Below, in pieces: positions 56,316 to 64,000 of a stretch of DNA of 64,000 nucleotides. Numbering within the stretch: the stretch's first letter is position 1; each line of letters starts with the position of its first letter. This DNA comes from Bdellovibrionales bacterium. Lineage in GTDB: Bacteria; Bdellovibrionota; Bdellovibrionia; Bdellovibrionales; UBA1609. Below the pieces are notes generated by a model, which saw nothing but the letters and a program-made list of their open reading frames with translations, was not told where the DNA came from and did not search any database. The stretch lies in assembly GCA_965203095.1 (NCBI GenBank), contig OZ241877.1, positions 192,001 through 256,000 of the forward strand, in the 5' to 3' direction. A program made the translations under genes and the position numbers.

Positions 56316-56738
56316 ATGGCTAAAAAACCCGAAAAACCTCATCTTAAAAATTTAGCTGTGGAGGAGTTTAGCACCCCCTGTGCTCATTTTTTAAATCCAG
56401 AACAATCGGTCCGGCAAGCAGAGCAAATAATGAAAGATAACAACATTCGCCATCTTCCTGTTTTAAACTCTCAAAAAAAAATTGTGGGCATTGTGAGCGA
56501 GAGGGATATTCATTATTTTTATCGGGGAAATTCTGATGAAAATACCCCAGTCGGAAAAATTATGAAAACCGAGCCCTATTATGTTCCAGCTCAAACTAAA
56601 ATTTATGAAGTGGCTTTAACTATGTCGGAAAACAAATATGGAAGTGCCATTATTTTGTATGATGATGAAAGCTTGGGCATTTTCACTTCGACAGATGCCT
56701 TAAATGCTTTAATTGAAGTGGTTCGTGGGGATTTTTAA
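56316..56738 (+). CDS. CBS domain protein
   Basis: IRHLPV....IVGIVSERDI; second CBS with GIFTSTDAL. Confidence 0.9.
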   Translation: MAKKPEKPHLKNLAVEEFSTPCAHFLNPEQSVRQAEQIMKDNNIRHLPVLNSQKKIVGIVSERDIHYFYRGNSDENTPVGKIMKTEPYYVPAQTKIYEVALTMSENKYGSAIILYDDESLGIFTSTDALNALIEVVRGDF

Positions 56739-56894
56739 TTTTGCTCCCGGCTTTGACATTTTAAGGCAATATGCGGGATTGGGAGCTGGCAAAAATAATA
56801 TAGTTGTCAGTGAAAAAGTCGACATTTATAGAGTGCATAAGCAAAACCCCAGCCTGTTTAAGAGGGAATGTTAAATAATCAATTCTGAAAAGGA

Positions 56895-57221
56895 ATGGCT
56901 CATTCAAAAACAAAAGGTTTAGAGAGGGAGAACCTTGTTGCCCAACATTTGAGAGAAAGAGGCTGGAGTATTATTTATAGAAATAAAAAAGTTCTGGGAG
57001 TGGAAATAGATATTTTAGCCCAAAAGGAAAAAGATTTAGCTTTAATTGAAGTGAAATCCATTGGGAAAAAAGAACATATTGGGAATATTCTTAAAACCCG
57101 GCAAAAAGAGCGATTAAAAAAAGCAGGGGAAAGCCTTTGTTCCGAGTTTCCTGAAGGTTTGAGACTTTTTTTAGCTACAGTGGATACTCAAGATGATATC
57201 CATTTTTTTGAGATTTTATAA
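56895..57221 (+). CDS. YraN family protein
   Basis: G..RE..VAQHL..RGW.I..RN....VEIDILA....LIEVK. Confidence 0.85.
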   Translation: MAHSKTKGLERENLVAQHLRERGWSIIYRNKKVLGVEIDILAQKEKDLALIEVKSIGKKEHIGNILKTRQKERLKKAGESLCSEFPEGLRLFLATVDTQDDIHFFEIL

Positions 57222-57544
57222 TTCAGCAAAAAAAATGCCCAAGAAGGCTCTCCGCAGTTTCATTCAGCTTGCACCTTACAAAACTTTAGCTAACCACCTT
57301 AGGGCAATATCCACAATACTATAGTCCTGATTTTTGTCAAGCTTTTTTTTAACTTTTTTTTACTTTTTTGACGCAGTGAGTAAAATCCCCTATTTTCAGG
57401 CTTTTTTTCGTATTAAATTTCGTATTAAAATGAGGCTTAACTATAGAAACTGAAGAATCCCTCGTAAATTATAGAGCTTTTTCAGGGGCAACTATAGGCT
57501 CTAATATCTTGACAGAGCTTTTAAAGAGAGTTAAAGGCAAGACG

Positions 57545-57958
57545 ATGGGCTGGTTTTTGATGGTTTTAATGGTAGTGGCTTTCCCCTATCTTTCTTTTGG
57601 AGCAGAAAAATGCTTAAACTCTTTTTCGGAAGATGTGGATAGATTTGAAAAAAACTCCGCAAGCCTTAGAGAAGGGCCAGTTCCCGATGTGTATTTGCCA
57701 ATTGCTGATTTTTTTAATTTTGCATCCCCTACAGCAAGCCCAAGGAATAAAATTTTGTATTTGTTGTCCTCTAAAATAGAAATTTTAGATTTTAATGAAC
57801 CACTTTTAGAATCTTTAAAAAAACATAATATGGTTTTTATTGCTGATTTGGTTTCTCTATCGGAGGAGGATTTGCTGTCGGAGATCCATCTGAGCTTTGA
57901 GGATGTGAAAACCATTAAACTTCGGCTGGCGAAAAGTGATTTGCGTTTGGATATGTGA
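57545..57958 (+). CDS. signal-peptide protein with C-terminal RNA polymerase alpha-CTD-like domain
   Basis: MGWFLMVLMVVAFPYLSFGA leader; last 65 aa align without gaps to RpoA CTD (LK...IADLV..SEEDLL....L.......IK..LA...L.L.M). Confidence 0.7.
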   Translation: MGWFLMVLMVVAFPYLSFGAEKCLNSFSEDVDRFEKNSASLREGPVPDVYLPIADFFNFASPTASPRNKILYLLSSKIEILDFNEPLLESLKKHNMVFIADLVSLSEEDLLSEIHLSFEDVKTIKLRLAKSDLRLDM

Positions 57959-58019
57959 AAAAGCGAAAGTTTTTAATCTTCACTTTTCTCAAAGAGGGCA
58001 AAATTAAAACCATTTTATT

Positions 58020-58892
58020 ATGATAAAAGATTCGGAAAACCTTTCTTTTTTTAAAAAACACTATAAAAAAATAGGGATCTCTCCCCCCGATTTTCATTTT
58101 GTCCTGGGATCTGGCTTTAGCTCTCATTTGGATAAAATCAAAGCAAAAAATTGGGAAGAGCGAGAGGGTTTTTCTTTTCAGGCAGTAAAAATCCCCTCTC
58201 CCACTGTGGGCTCTCATGCGGGGCTTTATCGTTTTTTTGTTCATAAAAAAACAGGCCGTGCAGTGAGTTTTCAGTGTGGGCGACTCCATCTTTACGAGGG
58301 ACACTCCCCACAAGTGGTGGCTGAGCCGGTGTTGCAGGTGCAACAGGCCGGCACACAAAAATTTATTTTGAGCAACATTTCTGGCAGTTTAAAAAAAGAG
58401 CGTCCTCCCGGAACAGTTTTGGCTTTAACCGATCATGTCAATATGACGGGTTTAAGCCCTTTAAGAGGCCCGGAGAAAACAGATTTGAGGGGGAAAAAGG
58501 TAGGCCCTCGATTCCCTGATATGTCAAGAGTTTATGATGTAGATATGAGAGAACGGATCAGCCAAGAGCTTTTGGCCTGTAATCTTCAAGTGGATCCTGG
58601 GGTTTATGTGTGTCTTTTAGGGCCAGAGCTTGAAACCTCGGCACAAATTGAATGGCTAAAATTCAGCTCAAATTCCCGTTTTGATGTGGCGGGAATGTCC
58701 ACCGTGATGGAGGTCATTGCTTTAAAGCAGGCAGGGGCCAGGGTGGCAGGCTTTTCTTTAATCTCCAATCTCGCGACAGGGGTAGAGCCTCAAGTTAAGG
58801 ATATTTCTTTTTCAGATCTGATTCGCAATATGGAGCCATTTTCGTTTAAAATTTTACAAGCTTTTTTTTCTTATAGCGAAAGTCAATTTTGA
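58020..58892 (+). CDS. punA: purine-nucleoside phosphorylase (trimeric PNP family)
   Basis: VLGSG, TVGSHAG, GRLHLYEG, PRFPDMS..YD, GP.LET, GMSTVME, ISNLA. Confidence 0.88.
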   Translation: MIKDSENLSFFKKHYKKIGISPPDFHFVLGSGFSSHLDKIKAKNWEEREGFSFQAVKIPSPTVGSHAGLYRFFVHKKTGRAVSFQCGRLHLYEGHSPQVVAEPVLQVQQAGTQKFILSNISGSLKKERPPGTVLALTDHVNMTGLSPLRGPEKTDLRGKKVGPRFPDMSRVYDVDMRERISQELLACNLQVDPGVYVCLLGPELETSAQIEWLKFSSNSRFDVAGMSTVMEVIALKQAGARVAGFSLISNLATGVEPQVKDISFSDLIRNMEPFSFKILQAFFSYSESQF

Positions 58893-58958
58893 ATTTCCTG
58901 TGGGAAAGGCATGTAGAAAAGGCTTTATTTTTGTCTTGAGATTTTTTTGTAGGTTTTT

Positions 58959-59654
58959 ATGAGCAAAGTTTATAAAGGGGCTTTACCCGCTATAGAGGAT
59001 ATACCTGAGGGAGCCTCCCTTTTAGTGGGTGGTTTTGGCCTTTGTGGTATTCCTGAAAACTTGATCTCCGCCATCCAACAAAAGGGGGTTAAAAATTTAA
59101 CTTGTATCTCAAACAATGCAGGAGTGGATGATTTTGGACTGGGCCTTTTGTTAAAAAAACATCAGATCAAAAAAATGATTGCAAGCTATGTGGGTGAAAA
59201 CAAAGAGTTAGAGCGTCAATATTTAGCAAAAGAGTTGGATTTGGAATTGATCCCCCAAGGGACTTTAGCAGAGAGGATCCGTTCTGCCGGTGCGGGTATT
59301 CCCGCTTTTTGGACAGTAGCTGGGGTGGGAACTTTAGTTGAAGAGGGAAAAGAAAAACGAGATTTTGACGGAAAGACCTATATCATGGAACGAGCCTTAC
59401 CCGGTGACTTTGCCCTCATTAAGGCATGGCGAGGCGATCACTACGGGAATTTGATTTACAAGGAGACGGCTCGCAATTTTAACCCCATAATGGCAATGGC
59501 AGGAAAAATTACTATAGCAGAAGTGGAAGAATTGGTAGAACCAGGAGTTTTAGATCCTCATCACATTCACACACCGGCAGTTTTTGTTCAAAGAATTTTT
59601 GAAGGTAAAAATTATGAAAAACGGATTGAACAAAAAACTTTAAGAGAGGTTTAA
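58959..59654 (+). CDS. scoA: 3-oxoacid CoA-transferase subunit A
   Basis: GGFGLCGIPENLI, SYVGENKE, PQGTLAERIR, TARNFNP. Confidence 0.95.
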   Translation: MSKVYKGALPAIEDIPEGASLLVGGFGLCGIPENLISAIQQKGVKNLTCISNNAGVDDFGLGLLLKKHQIKKMIASYVGENKELERQYLAKELDLELIPQGTLAERIRSAGAGIPAFWTVAGVGTLVEEGKEKRDFDGKTYIMERALPGDFALIKAWRGDHYGNLIYKETARNFNPIMAMAGKITIAEVEELVEPGVLDPHHIHTPAVFVQRIFEGKNYEKRIEQKTLREV

Positions 59655-59707
59655 AAAAGCCCGGATTATGTTTTACTTTAAAAACAGGAGAATAATAGAG
59701 GAGTGAT

Positions 59708-60364
59708 ATGCCTTTAGATCGCGAACAAATTGCCCGGCGAATCGCAAAAGAGATTCGTCCCCATTCTGTTGTTAATTTGGGCATTGGTATACCCACTTTA
59801 GCCGCTAATTATATCTCTAAAGATAGCCATATTTTGTTGCATAGTGAAAATGGTTTATTGGGGATGGGGCCTTTTCCAGCAGAGGAAGAGCTTTCCGCCG
59901 ATTTGATCAATGCGGGCAAGCAGACAGTCACTGCTATTCCTGGGGCCAGTTTTTTCTCTTCATCACTCAGCTTTGCCATTATCCGGGGCTCTCATTTAAA
60001 TTTGGCTGTGTTGGGGGCTTTGCAGGTGGATCAAGAGGGCAACTTGGCCAACTGGATGGTTCCAGGGAAAAAGGTAAAAGGCATGGGTGGAGCTATGGAT
60101 CTGGTAGCGGGTTCTAAACGGGTGATTGTGGCTATGCAACACCGGACTCCCAAGGGGAAGTCCAAACTGGTTAAAAAATGTTCTCTCCCCTTAACAGGTT
60201 TAAAATGTGTTCATCGTGTGATTACGGATCTGGCTGTAATGGATATTGTTGGTGGGAGTTTTTTGCTGAGGGAAAAAGCCAGTGATGTATCTGTCCAGCA
60301 AATTCAAAAAGCTACAGAGGGGGAGTTAAAAGTTTCTTCAGAAGTCCAAGAGATCTCTTTTTAA
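59708..60364 (+). CDS. scoB: 3-oxoacid CoA-transferase subunit B
   Basis: VNLGIGIPT, SENG (catalytic Glu), KGMGGAMDLV, CSLPLTG. Confidence 0.95.
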   Translation: MPLDREQIARRIAKEIRPHSVVNLGIGIPTLAANYISKDSHILLHSENGLLGMGPFPAEEELSADLINAGKQTVTAIPGASFFSSSLSFAIIRGSHLNLAVLGALQVDQEGNLANWMVPGKKVKGMGGAMDLVAGSKRVIVAMQHRTPKGKSKLVKKCSLPLTGLKCVHRVITDLAVMDIVGGSFLLREKASDVSVQQIQKATEGELKVSSEVQEISF

Positions 60365-60402
60365 AAATGACTGACGGTGGATAGTTTGGCTTTTTAGGGA
60401 AT

Positions 60403-60478
60403 GGGGCTGTAGCTCAGCTGGGAGAGCACAACGCTGGCAGTGTTGAGGTCAGGGGTTCGATCCCCCTCAGCTCCACCA
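60403..60478 (+). tRNA. tRNA-Ala(GGC)
   Basis: GGGGCTG/CAGCTCC acceptor stem with G3:U70, loop CT-GGC-AG, CCA end. Confidence 0.97.
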
Positions 60479-60549
60479 TTTCTGTTGAGAAGATAAAAAT
60501 TTTTGGTAGTTTTTTTATTGAACAGCTTTTGTTAGCTTTGTCAGAAAAA

Positions 60550-60626
60550 TGGGATATAGCTCAGCTGGTTAGAGCACTGCCTTGACATGGCAGAGGTCAG
60601 CGGTTCAAATCCGCTTATCCCAACCA
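60550..60626 (+). tRNA. tRNA-Val(GAC)
   Basis: TGGGATA/TATCCCA acceptor stem, loop TT-GAC-AT, GGTTCAAATCC, CCA end. Confidence 0.97.
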
Positions 60627-60667
60627 TTTTCCTTTGATTCATGACACTTTAAGCTATGTGTTTTGGA

Positions 60668-61783
60668 TCAAGCGACAAAAGAACTATCCTCTTCAAGATC
60701 CAAATTTTGCAAGCGTTTGGAAAAAACTTTGTAAAAGGTGCTGGCCCTGTCCCTAAACCACTCAAACAAGCTCTCCCGCTCTTTCTTGTTTTGCCAGTCC
60801 GCTTTCTTGTATTGTATAATATTGCCACCTTCTCTTTCAGGCGGGCCCAGCCACTCTATCCAGCTTTCATCAAGGTATAACTCTTTCTCAATAGCCTCTT
60901 TATTCTTTTTCAACTGCGACAAAGCAGACAATCTTTTTGGTTTGACACATAACTCACAGCCAACTCTATCTTTATACAACAAAAGAGCCAGATGAAAGCC
61001 AGATTTCCCAACAGAAATGCTATAAAAGTACCCCGGTTGTGGATTTCTGCCTAAGGTGAAATTTGTTTTTTTTCCCTTCATATAGCCTAACCACTCGGAC
61101 CAAAGTTCCCACTGTAATTTTTGTGTTGGCGACAGCACTTTAGGATTCCGGACAGACTTAGCCCACTCATTGGGTTTTGCGACTAAGTGAAATTGAGGTG
61201 CAGGCAGTGAGTTTTTAATTTTCCAGACTTTGATTTCCAGGCCAAAAAAAGCTGTCTTTTCGATATTTTCATTGAGCCAGTCTAAGGCTTCTCTGTGAGC
61301 TGAGCGAATCTCCTTGGCGATCCAAACAACCGCTTTAGCCTGCCGTCCCGCCGTATAAGTCAACAATTTGCCTAAATGATCATGATCCGTCTTGCCAAGC
61401 TGATTTTCAATCACCACAAAGCAGTCCTCTTCAATATCATCGTTTATGATTCTGGCTATAATATCCACTTTAAAATTATCACCGGTAAAATGGTCACCAG
61501 CCAGTTGTTCTGTTCCTTCCAATTCCAAATCCATTCCAATGGCAGTCCCTAACTGTTGCAAATTTTCCTTTTCAGAAAGCCAAGGTGTAAAATTCCTGGC
61601 TTCATCTTTCCAATACTCCCTTAAATCCATTTCAATCAATTTCCCAAAATTCTTTTTTCCTCCGTCTTCATCTTCTCCAAACACATGGGGAGTGTGTGTC
61701 AGCTGAGCTGTTTTCGCCTTTTTGTTTTTTTTTGCCAAAGAGTTATCCTCCGTTTTTATGGCCTTGTTTTTATTTTCATTCAT
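60668..61783 (-). CDS. DUF4268-domain protein with N-terminal PD-(D/E)XK (NucS-like) nuclease region
   Basis: DLREYWKDEARNFTPWL, VDIIA, IENQLGKTDHDHLGKLLTY, HREALDWLN, KPNEW. Confidence 0.8.
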   Translation of the reverse strand: MNENKNKAIKTEDNSLAKKNKKAKTAQLTHTPHVFGEDEDGGKKNFGKLIEMDLREYWKDEARNFTPWLSEKENLQQLGTAIGMDLELEGTEQLAGDHFTGDNFKVDIIARIINDDIEEDCFVVIENQLGKTDHDHLGKLLTYTAGRQAKAVVWIAKEIRSAHREALDWLNENIEKTAFFGLEIKVWKIKNSLPAPQFHLVAKPNEWAKSVRNPKVLSPTQKLQWELWSEWLGYMKGKKTNFTLGRNPQPGYFYSISVGKSGFHLALLLYKDRVGCELCVKPKRLSALSQLKKNKEAIEKELYLDESWIEWLGPPEREGGNIIQYKKADWQNKKERESLFEWFRDRASTFYKVFSKRLQNLDLEEDSSFVA

Positions 61784-62111
61784 AATAAACCTCCATTATG
61801 TTTCTACTTTTTTATCTATTCGGCTAAAAAACCTCTCAACTTAAATAAAATTTTGGCAGTTTTTTTATTAAAAAAGCTTAAAACCATCGGAAATAAGCTT
61901 TTTTTAAAAATCGGACAAAGGTTTTAAACACACTCAGGAGCAAGTCCAGCAGGCAAAAAGTTAGCTATTCAGGTGAATAATTTTTATTGGTGAAGGCAAA
62001 AAAATGTGTTGATTTCTTTAAAGCACATTAGGATAATGGCTTTGTCTTATGATTCTCTCTCACAAAAAGCCTAAAGTTTTTTGTGAGAACAGCTCAATAA
62101 AGGAGGTTTTT

Positions 62112-62687
62112 ATGCCTATCATTTTGCCGGAACTGCCTTATAGTAAAAAGGCTTTAAGCCCTCATATTTCTGAAGAGACTATAAACTACCACTACGGGAA
62201 ACACCACAAAGGCTATGTGGATAAGCTGAATGCTCAAATCGCTAACTCTGAGTGGGAAAAGGCCAATTTAGAAGAGATCATCAAATCTTCAAAAGGAGCA
62301 CTGTTTAACAACTCGGCTCAAGTGGCAAATCACACTTTTTATTGGAATTGCCTCTCTCCTAAAGGTGGAGGGAATCCTACAGGTTTTTTAGCTGATATTA
62401 TCGAGAAAAACTTTTCCTCTTTTGAAAAGTTTAAAGAGCAGTTCACAACCACAGCTCTGTCTCAGTTTGGTTCGGGATGGGCTTGGCTTGTAAAGGAGGA
62501 GGATAAACTCAAAATCCTTTCTACCTCCAATGCAGAAACCCCTTTGGTTGAGAAAAAGGCCTTACTCACCTGCGATGTTTGGGAGCATGCCTATTACATT
62601 GATTACCGCAATGATAGAAAAAAATATATGGAGGCATTTTGGAACTTGTTGAATTGGGATTTTGTCCTTAAAAATTTGGATTCTTAA
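62112..62687 (+). CDS. sodB: Fe/Mn superoxide dismutase, Fe-type
   Basis: HYGKHH, FNNSAQVANHTFYW, FGSGWAWL, DVWEHAYY; AGGAGG RBS. Confidence 0.95.
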   Translation: MPIILPELPYSKKALSPHISEETINYHYGKHHKGYVDKLNAQIANSEWEKANLEEIIKSSKGALFNNSAQVANHTFYWNCLSPKGGGNPTGFLADIIEKNFSSFEKFKEQFTTTALSQFGSGWAWLVKEEDKLKILSTSNAETPLVEKKALLTCDVWEHAYYIDYRNDRKKYMEAFWNLLNWDFVLKNLDS

Positions 62688-62816
62688 GTTTTGTTAAGGC
62701 TTGAAGATAAGGCCCTTCATCGGGCAAAAAACCAGAGAAAGCCAAACAAATAGAGGGTATTTAAGCCATAACAACTGAAGATAACAAGAGGGATCCCCAT
62801 TTAAAATTTTGCCTTT

Positions 62817-64000
62817 ATGGGAAGTGAAACCAGCAATCATCTTAAAACCATGGATCCTACTTTAAAGCCAAAAATTTTGAAAAGGGTCCGGGGCTTTCCC
62901 GATCAGCTCCCGGAAGAGAGTGCACAAAAAGAGGCTCTTTTATCCACAATCATTCAAGTTTTAAAAAACTTTGACTTTCAAAAAGTTCATCCCCCTATTT
63001 TAGAGCTAAGTGATCTTTTTACTCGCTCCTTGGGGGAAAACTCTGACATTGTCCATAAAGAAATGTATTCCCTTCAAAAAGGGGAGGAGTCTCTAACACT
63101 GAGACCAGAGGGGACAGTCTCTATTGCACGAATGTTTATCACTCATAAAATGCGAGACAGCCTTCCTCTCAGATGGTATTATCATGGCCCCATGTTCCGG
63201 CACGAAAGGCCACAAAAGGGGCGTTTTCGCCAATTTCACCAAGTGGGTGTAGAGTTCCTTGGCGATCCCTCTATTCAAGCTGATGCGGAGATTTTATCCC
63301 TCAGTTGGGTCTTGGTTCAAAAATTGGCATTAAAAGGGAAAACTTTTTTAGAAATCAACAGCTTAGGCTCTTTAAAAGAAAGGGAGCAATACAAAAAACA
63401 ACTTAAGGCTTTTCTCTCTCCTTTTCAAAAACAACTCAGCCCGGAAAGCCAAACCCGTTTAAAACAAAATCCTCTTCGCATATTGGATTCTAAAGATCCG
63501 GCAGACCAAAATCTTATAAAAAAAGCTCCTCTTTTAAGAGACAGCTTGGGTCCGGCCAGCCGAGAAAAATATGAGAATATAAAAAAACTTTTAGCTGAAT
63601 TAAACATTCCCTTTAAGGAAAATACTGGCTTGGTCCGAGGTTTAGATTATTACAATGATTTGGTTTTTGAATGGACCAGCCCTGAACTGGGGGCACAGTC
63701 CACTTTTTTGGCCGGAGGACGATATGATAGCCTCATAGAGAGCTTAGCTGGCCCCCCCACCCCTGCCTTAGGATGGGCCTTAGGATTAGAGAGACTACAG
63801 ATTTTATCCCGCTCTTTCCCCGTAGAGCCTATGCAAATAGGATTGCTCTCTTCCGGAGAGAAAGCCGAGAAAAAAGCTTTTCAGATAGCTTACAAGTTGA
63901 GAGCAGAGGGCTGGTCGGTTCATTTTCGTTTTTCAGGTAATTTTTCAAAACAGATGAAAAGGATGAGCAAAAAATGCCTTTTCGCCCTGATCTATGGGGA
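62817..64000 (+). CDS. hisS: histidine--tRNA ligase, truncated by the window end; start may be 62850
   Basis: Hand translation gives RVRGFPD, SDIVHKEMY, LRPEGT, PMFRHERPQKGRFRQFHQ, LVRGLDYY, GGRYD, GWALGLERL; missing from the ORF track because there is no stop in the window. Confidence 0.95.
   Translation, partial: MGSETSNHLKTMDPTLKPKILKRVRGFPDQLPEESAQKEALLSTIIQVLKNFDFQKVHPPILELSDLFTRSLGENSDIVHKEMYSLQKGEESLTLRPEGTVSIARMFITHKMRDSLPLRWYYHGPMFRHERPQKGRFRQFHQVGVEFLGDPSIQADAEILSLSWVLVQKLALKGKTFLEINSLGSLKEREQYKKQLKAFLSPFQKQLSPESQTRLKQNPLRILDSKDPADQNLIKKAPLLRDSLGPASREKYENIKKLLAELNIPFKENTGLVRGLDYYNDLVFEWTSPELGAQSTFLAGGRYDSLIESLAGPPTPALGWALGLERLQILSRSFPVEPMQIGLLSSGEKAEKKAFQIAYKLRAEGWSVHFRFSGNFSKQMKRMSKKCLFALIYG

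Overview
Chromosomal segment of an AT-rich bacterium, most likely Bdellovibrionota. This is inferred from a complete Agl-Glt gliding-motility operon at 19.9-31.4 kb and an FHA-GGDEF protein resembling Bdellovibrio DgcB. Most of the window is housekeeping: thiolase, ihfA, htpX, riboflavin synthase, acyl-CoA dehydrogenase, tatD, gap, nrnA, greA, sohB, guaB, epmA, trhO, tuf, rpmG, rlmB, PNP, scoAB, sodB, a partial hisS and seven tRNAs. The accessory features are: (i) a tandem array at 11.9-16.6 kb of four full copies and one truncated copy of a secreted Cys-containing helical protein, each with its own promoter and palindrome, with patchwork variation between copies; (ii) a signal-peptide protein ending in an RNA polymerase alpha-CTD-like domain whose DNA-binding residues are replaced; (iii) two families of short dispersed MITE-like repeats, one bracketing a BrnT/BrnA toxin-antitoxin pair; (iv) an Rpn-like remnant with an intact internal start for the small C-terminal protein; (v) a candidate sRNA upstream of ihfA; (vi) several repeat-expanded exported proteins. 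No CRISPR array, rRNA, integrase, intact transposase or reverse transcriptase was seen. All calls come from reading the sequence and recalled motifs; no searches were run.
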